From: an uncultured Symbiopectobacterium sp.
GTDB taxonomy: Bacteria; Pseudomonadota; Gammaproteobacteria; Enterobacterales; Enterobacteriaceae
Length of the DNA: 64,000 nucleotides
Assembly: GCA_964293225.1 (NCBI GenBank)
Contig: CAXYYB010000008.1
Location: 12,407-76,406, forward strand
Direction: 5' to 3'
Shown here: piece by piece, positions 1 through 9,334 of the stretch
Position numbering within the stretch: the first letter of the stretch is position 1
Layout: each line of letters starts with the position of its first letter
Position numbers and translations under genes: made by a program
Notes under the pieces: model-generated
What the model saw: the letters and a program-made list of their open reading frames with translations, nothing else
What the model was told of the DNA's origin: nothing
Database searches by the model: none

Positions 1-1
1 G

Positions 2-232
2 AATCCTGATGTTGCCAAGCAAGTTGCCCGTCAGGAGTTCGCCGCGTTGGATGGCAAGGTGGTCGATGCCGCGGTGCAGCGCATGATTGACAGTAATGTT
101 TATCCCGCCAACGCCGTCATTTCGCAGGAGGCCTTTACCACGGCTATCGATATTCAGAAGTTTGTTGGCAACATCACGCAGGATATGCCCTATACGCAAA
201 TCGTTGACGGTCAGTTTGCTACCAAGCCATAA
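2..232 (+). CDS. ABC-transporter periplasmic substrate-binding protein, C-terminal end (5' part outside window)
   Basis: Frame 2 is open from the window edge to TAA at 230-232. The tail ...AVISQEAFTTAIDIQKFVGNITQDMPYTQIVDGQFATKP looks like the C-terminus of NMT1/SsuA-type binding proteins. It lies 15 nt upstream of an amidase gene. Confidence 0.5.
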   Translation, partial: NPDVAKQVARQEFAALDGKVVDAAVQRMIDSNVYPANAVISQEAFTTAIDIQKFVGNITQDMPYTQIVDGQFATKP

Positions 233-247
233 CCAGGACATGAGTGC

Positions 248-1636
248 ATGAATGCTATATTGGGTATGAAAACCATGTTGGATACCTCGCCCTTTGCCAC
301 GATTGCCGCCACCCGGCGGCAACTGGCCGCGCGCAAGGTTTCTCCGAGCGAGCTATTGAGCCATTTTCTGACGCGGATTGAGCAACGCGACGGTGACATC
401 AAGGCGTGGCGCTATCTCGATAAAGAAGGGGTGCGCCAGCGCGCCCTGGAATTGGACCAACAAATGGGAGCCATTGCCTGCAAGCCTGCGCTGTTTGGCA
501 TCCCTTACGGTGCCAAGGATATCTTCCATACGCGCGGTTTACCGACGGAAGGCGGCTCCAGGGTGCTAGAGGGCAATATCTCCAGTGAAAACGCCAGTGT
601 GATCGATAAGCTCGATGGCATGGGGGCTTTGCTGCTGGGGAAACTGACTACCACCGAGTTTGCCAATCTGGGGACGCCGCCCAAGACCGGCAATGCCTGG
701 AACCCGGCGCATACCCCCGGTGGTTCAAGCAGCGGTTCTGCCGCTGCCGTGGGTGCGCGTATGGCGCTGATGGCATTGGGCACGCAAACGGCGGGCTCGT
801 TGTCTCGTCCGGCGGCGTTCAACGGTGTGACGGTGTTGAAAGCCACCTATGGGCGCATCAGCAAGGCCGGGGTCATTCCCGCCAGTTGGTCGCTGGATCA
901 CGTGGGTGCCTTTACCACGACGGTAGAGGATGCGGCGCTGGTGTTTAATGCACTCTCTGGCCCGGACCCGCGTGATGACACCACGCTGTCATTGCCCTAT
1001 ACGCCGTTGCAACTGCGCGAGAAGCACGACTACACGGTGGGGATCGTCGAGCATCCCTATTATGCCGGGGGGAATGCTGAAATTGGCGCGGCCTGTTTGC
1101 AGGCAATGGATGCCTTGGCCGGGCGTGGCGTGAAGCTTAAACGTATCGCACTACCTGAGAGTTTTGACGATGCCTGCCGTGCGCACCATATTGTGATGCA
1201 GGCCGAATGTGCTGCTTATCACCGCGACACATTCTTGCAGACGCCCACACTGTTCGGCGCCTATTTGCAGGAGTTTCTGCAACAAGGCCTCGCTATTTCT
1301 GCGCAGGCGTACATACAGGCGCAGCAGGTGCGTGCCCGTTATCGCCACGAACTGGCGGCTTTGTTCGACGATGTGGATATGCTGATGACGCCCGCAACGC
1401 CGACATTAGCCCCGCACGGTCTGGCGGCGACCGGGTCTCCTGCTTACAATATGCCGTTTACCAACGCGGGGGTGCCAACTTTGGCGCTGCCCGTGGGTAT
1501 TTCCACAACGGGTTTGCCAATGGGGATGCAGTGGGTTGCCCGCCATGGTAATGAACAGGCGCTGGTGGATTTGGGTATGCTTTACCAGCAGATAACCGAC
1601 TGGCATGCTTGCCTGCCGCCACTCTGTCAGGCATAA
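248..1636 (+). CDS. amidase (amidase-signature family, GatA-like)
   Basis: 462-aa ORF with the Gly/Ser-rich amidase signature GGSSSGSAAAV and the upstream catalytic-Lys context YGAKDIF. The substrate cannot be inferred. Confidence 0.85.
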   Translation: MNAILGMKTMLDTSPFATIAATRRQLAARKVSPSELLSHFLTRIEQRDGDIKAWRYLDKEGVRQRALELDQQMGAIACKPALFGIPYGAKDIFHTRGLPTEGGSRVLEGNISSENASVIDKLDGMGALLLGKLTTTEFANLGTPPKTGNAWNPAHTPGGSSSGSAAAVGARMALMALGTQTAGSLSRPAAFNGVTVLKATYGRISKAGVIPASWSLDHVGAFTTTVEDAALVFNALSGPDPRDDTTLSLPYTPLQLREKHDYTVGIVEHPYYAGGNAEIGAACLQAMDALAGRGVKLKRIALPESFDDACRAHHIVMQAECAAYHRDTFLQTPTLFGAYLQEFLQQGLAISAQAYIQAQQVRARYRHELAALFDDVDMLMTPATPTLAPHGLAATGSPAYNMPFTNAGVPTLALPVGISTTGLPMGMQWVARHGNEQALVDLGMLYQQITDWHACLPPLCQA

Positions 1637-1752
1637 CAGATGATGGCATCTTATCGTTGGTCAGATGCCATTGTTGATCGCTCGCGATCGCACGTGCTGG
1701 GAGCACCGGTTTTGTCTACAGCACGCTTTTCCAGTCAGTGGGACACTATGTA

Positions 1753-2580
1753 ATGTACGATAAATTATTGACGGTTTCTGATGCGGCTAAAATGCTGGGT
1801 ATCTCCGCCAGCACGCTGCGTCGGCTGGAAGATAACGGAGAAGTCAAAACCTATGGGCTGAAGGTGGTTTATACTCCCGGCGGTCAGCGCCGTTACCTTG
1901 CCGACGAGATTCAACGCGTTTTCTCACAGACCGGTTTTGCCCACAAAATCGGCTTTGGCTCCAAAGCGGCGATTTTGGTGCGGGATGTGACCTACGCCTA
2001 CATGGATTCCGGCTCGACGCTGGCGATTGATACCCCGTTTGATAAAGCAGGGCTACATCGATTACTGACCATGGCGGCACAGCGTGGGCTACCGACGGTG
2101 TTTACCCGCACGGTGTATCGGCCAGAGCATCCCTTTTCCTGGCTGTGGGGAAAAAAATACCCGTTTATCACCACGCTGACGGAAGATGCCTACCTGAACC
2201 GCATTGATGAAGCGCTGGGGGATGCGCCCTTTGAGCGTAATCATTCCACCTGCTATGTGTCCGACTTTTATGGTCATGATTTGGCCGCATGGCTGAAGCA
2301 GCAAGGCATCGACACCCTGATTCTGGGCGGCGTGACCGCCAGCGGCAGTATTCGTGCCACCGCGATTGAAGCGTTTCAGATGGGATTTCATGTGATGTTG
2401 CCGCGCGAAGTGATTGGCGATCGCAGCCAGTCGCTGCTGGATTTCACCCTGCTGGATCTCAATGCGCGCTATGCCGATGTGCTAAGCCTTGAAGAGGTAT
2501 CCGATTGGCTGGCAACTTTGCCGATGGCGGTGAGCGAGTCAACGACCCGTCACCGCCAGCCTGATGCACTGAGTGAATAA
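1753..2580 (+). CDS. MerR/excisionase-type HTH fused to an isochorismatase-family (cysteine-hydrolase-like) domain
   Basis: The N-terminus LLTVSDAAKMLGISASTLRRLEDNGEV...GGQRRY is a MerR-type HTH. The remainder (AAILVRDVTYAY ... LILGGVTASGSIRATAIEAFQMGFHVMLPREVIGDR) follows the N-carbamoylsarcosine-amidase/isochorismatase layout. The start is ATG 1753 or GTG 1738. Confidence 0.7.
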   Translation: MYDKLLTVSDAAKMLGISASTLRRLEDNGEVKTYGLKVVYTPGGQRRYLADEIQRVFSQTGFAHKIGFGSKAAILVRDVTYAYMDSGSTLAIDTPFDKAGLHRLLTMAAQRGLPTVFTRTVYRPEHPFSWLWGKKYPFITTLTEDAYLNRIDEALGDAPFERNHSTCYVSDFYGHDLAAWLKQQGIDTLILGGVTASGSIRATAIEAFQMGFHVMLPREVIGDRSQSLLDFTLLDLNARYADVLSLEEVSDWLATLPMAVSESTTRHRQPDALSE

Positions 2581-2583
2581 CCG

Positions 2584-3645
2584 TTACTCTACGGCGTCCA
2601 ACAGATTTTCCGGTGCGGGCGTCAGCGTGCCATTTTCAATGGCCCGCACCCGGTCATACACGGTTTGGTTTGCCGGAACCGGAATCCCAAGCTCTGTGGC
2701 ACGTTGAATAACCAGGCCGTAGATCTCATCAATTTCCGTGCGGCGACCTTTCACTATATCCTGACCCATGGACGGTCGTTGCCCGGCTGCGCCGCGCTGC
2801 GCCGCATCGATCAGGCGCTGTTCGATCTCCGCGAGCGCTGCCGCACTGCCGTTTGCGGCGGCGGCAAATAACGCGGCGGGAATGGCACCGAGCGCGGTCA
2901 ACGAATAACCTAACCGTTGCCCGACGCGCACCGCCTCGCCTGCCACTTCGATGGAAAAACGCCGCAGTTGCGGGTGGTTGTCCAACGCATCAATGGTCAA
3001 TCCCGTGGCGGCAGAAACACCATTGCGCATCGCATTGACCGCCAGTTTGGACCAGCGCTCCCCAGCCAGATTATCAATCACTGCCACGGAATCCACCTGC
3101 CGCAGCAGCGTTGCCAGCGCTTCGATACGCGCGCTGCGCTGCCCATCGAGTTCCCCGACGCGAAACACATCAATACCGGGGCTGCCCCGCACCACGCGGC
3201 GGCGAATCACCCCCGGAGCCGAGAGCTCAACGCCGATGCGCGCGGCGATTAACCCGGCCGTTCGCGACGCACCGACAATCTCGGCAAGCGTCGCCTCGTT
3301 GCAGCCATTTTGTGCTGAGACAACCACGGCATCCGCGTGAAGATAGGGCAACACCAATTCGGCGGCCCAGCGTGTGTCATAGGATTTCACGCTGATGAAG
3401 ACGATATCGAGCGGCGGCAGCGCCTTCAGGCTACCAATCTCATCATCGGACAGAATACGTACTGGCACGATGGCGTTATCCTGCGGCACGGCACCGTCAA
3501 TACGCAGGCCGTGACGGCGCGTAGCGTCTACATGTTCCCGCCAACGATCGATGAGCGTCACGTGTTCTCCCGCTGCGGCCAGATGCGCACCAATGAACCC
3601 GCCTACGGCGCCGGCACCGACAACGGCAATGTGGGGAGCCATCAC
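2584..3645 (-). CDS. 2-dehydropantoate 2-reductase family (PanE/ApbA-like) oxidoreductase
   Basis: 353-aa ORF with an N-terminal Rossmann motif (VVGAGAVGGFIGAHLA) and PanE-family length and layout. The start (GTG 3645 or ATG 3642) overlaps the stop of the upstream truncated gene. Confidence 0.75.
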   Translation of the reverse strand: MMAPHIAVVGAGAVGGFIGAHLAAAGEHVTLIDRWREHVDATRRHGLRIDGAVPQDNAIVPVRILSDDEIGSLKALPPLDIVFISVKSYDTRWAAELVLPYLHADAVVVSAQNGCNEATLAEIVGASRTAGLIAARIGVELSAPGVIRRRVVRGSPGIDVFRVGELDGQRSARIEALATLLRQVDSVAVIDNLAGERWSKLAVNAMRNGVSAATGLTIDALDNHPQLRRFSIEVAGEAVRVGQRLGYSLTALGAIPAALFAAAANGSAAALAEIEQRLIDAAQRGAAGQRPSMGQDIVKGRRTEIDEIYGLVIQRATELGIPVPANQTVYDRVRAIENGTLTPAPENLLDAVE

Positions 3646-3960
3646 TGGCCCTCCTTATCCAGCCAGACATTTTTCAGCGAACTGAAGGTTTGGCCTGGCG
3701 TGTCGCTGATACCATGCAGGTGCGAGCTGTAAACGGTCTGACGCTGTAACTCGAACAGCGGCAGGTTAGGAAAATCCGTCATCGCAATACGTTGCCATTC
3801 ATGGAACGCTTTCAGGCGGTTAGCAGGGTTGGTGTCAGTTTGTGTGGTTTTGATAATCGCATCCAGCGTCGGGTTGGAATAACGCGCCCCGTTGGTGTTT
3901 GGCACACCTTTGACAATCGAGTCGGTGCCATACAGGCGGTATAGCCCCATGGCTGCGGTG
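3642..3960 (-). pseudogene. 5'-truncated family-5 (Dpp/Opp/Nik-type) ABC substrate-binding protein gene
   Basis: Only about 105 C-terminal codons remain (...YSNPTLDAIIKTTQTDTNPANRLKAFHEWQRIAMTDFPNLPLFELQRQ...). These proteins are normally about 500 aa. The upstream part is replaced by opposite-strand terminase-like sequence. Confidence 0.7.
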
Positions 3961-4361
3961 ACATTCTGCGGGATGCGGAGCGATTCGGGATCACGCTGGT
4001 GGGCTTTGATACCTGGAACGCTACCCACTTACGCACCCAACTACAGGGCGCAGGGCTGGACGTTGAGCCGTTCCCGCAAACCTACCTTAAATTCAGCCCG
4101 GTAGCGAAATCCGCAGAGGTATTTGTTAACCGTCGCTTGATACGGCACAACGGCGATCCGGTGCTGGCGTGGGCGATGAGCAATGTGGAGACGGACGCCA
4201 ACGCCAACATTAAGCCGAACAAAAAGAAATCCGCCAACAAAATAGACCTCGCCGTCGCGTTCCTGATGTCGTTTAGTACGTGGCAGGCAGAGCATGAAGA
4301 TTTTGCGTTTGATATGAGCGAAACCCAAAAAGAGCGGCTCGCTATATTTGATGGTGTCTGA
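3960..4361 (+). pseudogene. phage terminase large subunit, C-terminal fragment only
   Basis: ...GFDTWNATHLRTQLQGAGLDVEPFPQTYLKFSPVAKSAEVFVNRRLIRHNGDPVLAWAMSNVETDANANIKPNKKKSANKIDLAVAFLMSF matches the C-terminal nuclease-domain end of Terminase_1-type TerL. The frame is open only from 3945, so the ATPase domain is absent. Confidence 0.7.
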
Positions 4362-4500
4362 CGTCACTTATACGGTTTTTCCAGAAATACATAATTAAAA
4401 AAGAAAATAATTCTTTTAATTTTCATTAGGTTGAATTATTTGTTTTTTCATTTTGATAGAGGGCTAAATCATCATTGAATTGGCGGTGAGCGCACCAACT

Positions 4501-4546
4501 ATTGATTGAGCGTCTTGTCCTGTGTAGGACAAGACGCTCAATCAAT
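4501..4546. repeat. perfect 21-bp inverted repeat with 4-nt spacer
   Basis: ATTGATTGAGCGTCTTGTCCT-GTGT-AGGACAAGACGCTCAATCAAT. The 3' arm ends 9 nt before ATG 4556. Confidence 0.95.
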
Positions 4547-4555
4547 AGGTCTTTT

Positions 4556-4843
4556 ATGAAAATCAAAAACTTGAATCATACCACTGGTAAAACGTGTAGC
4601 TGTGGGTCTTGGCTAAAGCACTGGGAAAATATCACAGATCAAAAAAGCTCTTTCTGTGGAAACTCTGCGTGCACAAATACAGCTGAAGTGGGTGCGCATG
4701 TTAAAAAATCAGGTAGTACTGATAATGTTCACTATATAGTCCCACTCTGTAAGGAATGTAATAAAAAAAGTTCAACTGAAGAGTTTGAGCTTTGGAATGC
4801 ATATGAGTTGGCATTAGCTGGCAGTGGTAATTGCATTTCGTAG
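4556..4843 (+). CDS. small Cys-rich protein, possible His-Me finger (HNH-like) zinc protein
   Basis: 95 aa counted from ATG 4556; the ORF-track TTG start at 4502 would read through the palindrome. Pattern: C14xC16...H22...C34x4C39...EVGAH48...N57...C65xxC68N69. It is AT-rich relative to its flanks and is followed by an intrinsic terminator. Confidence 0.55.
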   Translation: MKIKNLNHTTGKTCSCGSWLKHWENITDQKSSFCGNSACTNTAEVGAHVKKSGSTDNVHYIVPLCKECNKKSSTEEFELWNAYELALAGSGNCIS

Positions 4844-4900
4844 CTTAAGGCATAAGGTATAGCCATGAGCAGTAAAAGATAGTCTGGTGACACAAACAAA

Positions 4901-4927
4901 AAGGCCGCTCATGCGGCCTTTTTGTTT
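4901..4927 (+). terminator. intrinsic terminator (usable in both directions)
   Basis: AAGGCCGC-TCAT-GCGGCCTT followed by TTTGTTT and preceded by an A-rich run. Confidence 0.8.
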
Positions 4928-4972
4928 ATTACTGTTCGCGGGTATGTGTAGTCAGTGGTGTAGTCATTTTCA

Positions 4973-5002
4973 ATAAAAAACGCCCGTCATTTCTGATGGG
5001 CG
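4973..5002 (-). terminator. fis intrinsic terminator
   Basis: On the minus strand the stem CGCCCATCA-GAAA-TGACGGGCG (one G-U pair) is followed by TTTTTT. It lies 30 nt past the fis stop. Confidence 0.8.
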
Positions 5003-5032
5003 CCTTATAAATCAATGCGATACAAACTCTTG

Positions 5033-5329
5033 TTAGTTCATGCCGTATTTTTTCAGTTTCTTGCGCAGCGTACCGCGGTTGATACCCATCATCAGGGCCG
5101 CGCGGGTCTGGTTACCACGGGTGTACTGCATCACCATGTCCAACAGTGGCTGTTCAACTTCAGCCAGTACCAGCTCATACAGGTCATTCACATCCTGACC
5201 GTTCAGTTGAGCAAAATAGTTCTTCAGTGCCTGTTTAACCGAGTCACGCAGGGGCTTTTGAGTTACCTGATCCTGAGAGTTAACGGTAGAAACGGTCAGT
5301 ACGTCAGAATTTACGCGTTGTTCGAACAT
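5033..5329 (-). CDS. fis: DNA-binding protein Fis
   Basis: 98 aa: [98 protein letters not shown], matching enterobacterial Fis as I recall it. Confidence 0.99.
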
Positions 5330-5353
5330 AGTTCTGTCAGCTCTTTATTTCTA

Positions 5354-6319
5354 TTACGCAAAATTTTCGAAGTATGCCTCCAACGCCTCCAGCTGTTCGC
5401 TGGCATCCTCAATGGCGTTGAATGTGCGCCTAAACTGGTCATTGGGGGCGTTCTCTTGGAGATACCAAGAGACGTGCTTACGAGCAATACGAAATCCCTT
5501 GCCCGGACCATAAAAGTCGTGCAATTCCCGTATGTGCTTGAAAAGCAAACGCTTCACTTCTGCCAACGGCATCGGTGCCAGTTGCTCCCCCGTGTCCAGA
5601 TAATGCTGGATTTCCCGAAAGATCCAGGGTCTTCCCTGAGCAGCCCGTCCTATCATCAGGGCATCAGCCCCGGTGTAATCAAGAACCGCTCTGGCTTTAT
5701 GCGGGCTTGTAATGTCGCCATTCGCGATAACGGGAATGGAAACGGCCTGCTTAACCGCCCGAATGCTGTCATATTCTGCCTCACCGTTGAACAGGCACGC
5801 ACGCGTGCGGCCATGTACGGTAAGCGCCTGGATACCACAGGCTTCGGCCAGTCTGGCAATGTCTACACAGTTACGGTGCTCCGGTGCCCAGCCAGTACGA
5901 ATTTTCAGCGTGACCGGTACGTCCACCGCCTTAACCACGGCGGAGAGGATTTGTTTTACCAAATCCGGATACTGCAACAGCGCAGAACCCGCCATCTTGC
6001 GGTTTACCTTCTTTGCAGGACACCCCATGTTGATATCAATGATTTGCGCGCCGAAATCGGTGTTGATTCTGGCTGCCGCCGCCATCTCATCAGGGTCGCT
6101 TCCGGCAATCTGCACGGCGCGGATCCCAGGTTCATCGCTGTGCACCATGCGTAGACGCGACTTATCCGAACGCCACACCTCTGGATTAGAAGAGAGCATT
6201 TCGGAGACCGTCATCCCAGCCCCCATCTCATGACAGAGCGTCCTGAAAGGGCGATCGCTGACGCCAGCCATGGGGGCGGCAATCAATCGATTAGCTAGCT
6301 GAAATTGTCCAATGTGCAT
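5354..6319 (-). CDS. dusB: tRNA-dihydrouridine synthase B
   Basis: 321 aa counted from [35 protein letters not shown]. The conserved dusB-fis operon arrangement is present. The ORF-track start at 6421 is over-extended. Confidence 0.95.
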   Translation of the reverse strand: MHIGQFQLANRLIAAPMAGVSDRPFRTLCHEMGAGMTVSEMLSSNPEVWRSDKSRLRMVHSDEPGIRAVQIAGSDPDEMAAAARINTDFGAQIIDINMGCPAKKVNRKMAGSALLQYPDLVKQILSAVVKAVDVPVTLKIRTGWAPEHRNCVDIARLAEACGIQALTVHGRTRACLFNGEAEYDSIRAVKQAVSIPVIANGDITSPHKARAVLDYTGADALMIGRAAQGRPWIFREIQHYLDTGEQLAPMPLAEVKRLLFKHIRELHDFYGPGKGFRIARKHVSWYLQENAPNDQFRRTFNAIEDASEQLEALEAYFENFA

Positions 6320-6675
6320 AGACAAAGAGTGACCATACTGTGTCTGCAAGGGCGCGTATATTACGCATTTTTTACGCCAGATGAAAGGCCAAACTTTGAG
6401 CAATTGAGCGGGACAGATCAAGGAAATGTGTCTTCGCGCAATTAAATTTTATAATTGTCTTTTTATTACAGCATGTTATAAGAAAAATCACTCATTGATC
6501 CAACTCTTGCCCGAGCAAACATTTCTGTGCAACAGTACGCAAATGCCTGGACATGCCGCGCCCGGTGGCGTTTTCATGGGCAATAACGGGTGATTTCTCG
6601 CGCAATAGCTTTACCTCAGTACCCGACGAGTGCCGCCAACCATCGTAAAACAGCTAAGGGCACTCACCATAACGC

Positions 6676-7557
6676 TTAGCGCTTGATGCCCGTAATGCGG
6701 CACCACTCTTCTTTCTCAACGGTCGGGTCGAGTTCGAACAGATCGGTGTAAGCTGCCGCCACGTTTTCTGCCTGTGACGCCAGAATGCCTGATAATCCTA
6801 AATGCCCTCCCGCCTTGGGCAGTGTGCTAATCAGTGGTGCCAGCTCGCGCAACGGGCCTGCAAGGATGTTGGCAACCACGACGTCGGCAGAGAGGTCATT
6901 AGGCTGGTCTTTCGGCAGATAGAGCGCCAGACGCTCTGAGACGCCGTTACGCTGCGCATTGTCGCGGCTGGCTTGAATCGCCTGAGGATCGATATCGATG
7001 CCAATTGCCTGTGCGGCACCCAGTTTCAGCGCGGCGATTGCCAAAATACCGGAACCACAGCCAAAATCGATAACCGTCTTGCCCGCCAGATCCAGACCGT
7101 CGAGCCATTGCAGGCACAGAGACGTGGTCGGATGCGTGCCGGTGCCAAAGGCCAAACCGGGATCCAGCATCACGTTAACGGCATTTGGGTCAGGAATGTC
7201 ACGCCAGCTCGGGCAGATCCACAAGCGTTTGCCAAACTGCATCGGGTGGAAATTGTCCATCCACTCCCGTTCCCAGTCCTTGTCTTCCAATTGCTCGATT
7301 TTGTGGCGAAAACCGACACCCAACAGCGGCTCTTGTTCCAGTTGGGCAATCACGTCCGGCATCTCGGTTTCGGCGTCGTACAGCCCAATCACATCGGTAT
7401 CGCCCCATAAACGGGTTTCACCCGGCAGCGGCTCGAAGACTGGCGTATCGTGGGTGTCCTGAAAGGTGACGGACACCGCACCGCTCTCGATAAGCGCATC
7501 GCCCAGTTGTTCAGCCTGCGCGCCCGTTGTATTGATTTTGAGTTGAATCCACGGCAT
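6676..7557 (-). CDS. prmA: ribosomal protein L11 methyltransferase
   Basis: 293 aa: [11 protein letters not shown]... with the SAM motif [15 protein letters not shown]. Synteny with dusB and panF supports the call. Confidence 0.95.
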   Translation of the reverse strand: MPWIQLKINTTGAQAEQLGDALIESGAVSVTFQDTHDTPVFEPLPGETRLWGDTDVIGLYDAETEMPDVIAQLEQEPLLGVGFRHKIEQLEDKDWEREWMDNFHPMQFGKRLWICPSWRDIPDPNAVNVMLDPGLAFGTGTHPTTSLCLQWLDGLDLAGKTVIDFGCGSGILAIAALKLGAAQAIGIDIDPQAIQASRDNAQRNGVSERLALYLPKDQPNDLSADVVVANILAGPLRELAPLISTLPKAGGHLGLSGILASQAENVAAAYTDLFELDPTVEKEEWCRITGIKR

Positions 7558-7574
7558 AGCAGCCTCTGTTCCCG

Positions 7575-9026
7575 TTAATGTGAAGGTGTTGCGGCAGCGT
7601 TTGGCGCAGGGTTGCTGCCAAAACGGTTACCAATAAGAAAGGCCAGCAGGCTGAACGACAGGGCTGGGACGATCGGGTGAAAGCCCGCCAGGTTCAGCTT
7701 AAAGGTGGCAAGTAGGGTATAGCATAAGGCACCAACCATCATGGCGCTGAGCGCACCGGTCGCATTGGCGCGTTCCCAATAAAGCCCGAGCACCAATGGC
7801 CATAGGAATACCGCCTCCAGGCCGCCAAATGCCAGCAGATTGAGCCAGATAATCATTTCAGGTGGTCGCCAGGAGGCCAGCAGTGTCAGCACGCCGAGCA
7901 GCAGCGTGGTGGCGCTGGAGAGCCATTTGATATGGCGCTCATTCTGCGCTTGATGCGGTTTTACGCTCAGGTACAGATCTTTGATGATAGTGGCAGACGC
8001 TTGCAGCAGGTGCGCGTTGATGTTGGCCATGATGGCGGACATGGGCGCAGCGAGGAAGATACCCGCTGCCAGCGGCGGCAGCACTTTCACCATCAGTTCC
8101 GGCAGCACCTGATCGGGAATGGTCAGGTTAGGCATGATTGCGCGCCCCAGCGCGCCTGCCAGGTGCATACCCAGCATCAGCACGGTAATGACGATGGTGC
8201 CGATAATGATGCCGCGATGCAGTGCTTTGCTGTCTTTGTAAGAGATGCAGCGTACGGCGGTGTTAGGCAGGCCGATGACGCCGAAGCACACCAATATCCA
8301 GAATGAGGCCATAAACGGGAAGGTGAGCGTCTGGCCGCTGCCGTGCGGGTCGACCAGTGCCGGATCGATCTGACGCAGCGTTTCTACCGCGCTGCCCAGT
8401 CCGCCAGCGGCAGAGATAATCGCCACCAGCAGCAATACCGTGCCTATCAGCATCACCACGCCCTGCATCGCATCATTGAGCACGCTGGCGCGAAAACCGC
8501 CGAAGGTGGTGTAAAGCGCTATCGTAACGCCGAAAATCAGCAGGCCAATGTCGTAGGGCACATTAGCGGCGGTTTCCAGCAGGCGAGCGCCACCGATAAA
8601 CTGCACCGCCATTGCCCCGATAAAAGCCACCAGCAGGCTCAGGCTGGCAAACCATACCAGCAGGCGACTGCCGTAACGCGCATACAACATATCGTTCAGC
8701 GTAATGGCGTTGTAGCGCCGTGCCAGAATGGCGAATTTTTTCCCCAGAATGCCGAGAGAAAGCAGCATGGTGGGCACTTGGATCACCGCCAACAGCACCC
8801 AACCCAGACCGTATTTATAGGCAGCACCAGGCCCACCGATAAACGAACTGGCGCTGACATAGGTGCCAATCAGCGTCATGGCGAGCACAAATCCGCCCAT
8901 CGAGCGGCTACCCAGGAAGTACTCGTTGAGGAAATTGCCCTTGCGGCGGCGCAGATAAGCGTAAATCGACAACCCAAACACCAGCATCAGGTAGATGACC
9001 AGCGGCAGAATCACATCATTGTGCAT
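7575..9026 (-). CDS. panF: sodium/pantothenate symporter
   Basis: 483-aa polytopic SSS-family protein in the conserved yhdT-panF-prmA position. Confidence 0.92.
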   Translation of the reverse strand: MHNDVILPLVIYLMLVFGLSIYAYLRRRKGNFLNEYFLGSRSMGGFVLAMTLIGTYVSASSFIGGPGAAYKYGLGWVLLAVIQVPTMLLSLGILGKKFAILARRYNAITLNDMLYARYGSRLLVWFASLSLLVAFIGAMAVQFIGGARLLETAANVPYDIGLLIFGVTIALYTTFGGFRASVLNDAMQGVVMLIGTVLLLVAIISAAGGLGSAVETLRQIDPALVDPHGSGQTLTFPFMASFWILVCFGVIGLPNTAVRCISYKDSKALHRGIIIGTIVITVLMLGMHLAGALGRAIMPNLTIPDQVLPELMVKVLPPLAAGIFLAAPMSAIMANINAHLLQASATIIKDLYLSVKPHQAQNERHIKWLSSATTLLLGVLTLLASWRPPEMIIWLNLLAFGGLEAVFLWPLVLGLYWERANATGALSAMMVGALCYTLLATFKLNLAGFHPIVPALSFSLLAFLIGNRFGSNPAPNAAATPSH

Positions 9027-9258
9027 CGTCGTCTCCTAACGGAATATCGCGAAACACCAGGTGTGTCATTAGCCAGCACAGCACGATAAATACCAGTGGC
9101 AGCAGCAGACAGGAGAGCTCAAACCAGCGCGGCAGCCCGGTCAACCCGGCGGTGTTGTCAGGCACGTAGGCGGTGACTATCCAGCCTACGAGGTAAAATA
9201 GCGTCAGGAACAGTGCCCATCGCGCCTCTTTGTGCGCTTGGGGGAAGCGTTTGTCCAT
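9016..9258 (-). CDS. yhdT: small membrane protein YhdT
   Basis: 80 aa counted from MDKRFPQAHKEARWALFLTLFYL. It overlaps the panF start as in E. coli. Confidence 0.85.
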   Translation of the reverse strand: MDKRFPQAHKEARWALFLTLFYLVGWIVTAYVPDNTAGLTGLPRWFELSCLLLPLVFIVLCWLMTHLVFRDIPLGDDDAQ

Positions 9259-9334
9259 GGTTTTTCCCTGTAAAGCGGTACCAACATGCAAAAAGGCCAG
9301 CATGGCTGGCCTTTATACGCGTGTACGATGCAGA

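Larger units (their letters stand above)
3960..4930. mobile_element. degraded prophage / horizontally acquired remnant downstream of fis
   Basis: Contains the terminase fragment, about 190 nt of very AT-rich spacer, and a low-GC orphan ORF. It interrupts a transporter gene on its left side. No integrase or att repeats were recognised. Confidence 0.45.

Noticed and set aside
4502-4555. ORF-track start (TTG 4502) that would add 18 N-terminal residues to the Cys-rich protein.
   Set aside because: The extension is simply the translation of the 46-nt palindrome. ATG 4556, with an AGG a few nt upstream, is the more plausible start.
5015-6154. 379-aa plus-strand ORF covering fis and dusB. Similar long antisense ORFs occur at 9230-10675 (opposite accC), 15913-16443 and 16507-17208 (opposite mreB), 19985-20707 (opposite rng), 25069-26067 (opposite tldD), 41584-42246 (opposite kdsD), 47570-48184 (opposite murA), 54419-55183 (opposite sspA) and 59054-59635 (opposite gltB).
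   Set aside because: All lie antisense to unambiguous, highly conserved genes. Their products are Arg/His/Gln-rich low-complexity translations, typical of the mirror frame of GC-rich coding DNA. None has a motif or a plausible ribosome-binding site.
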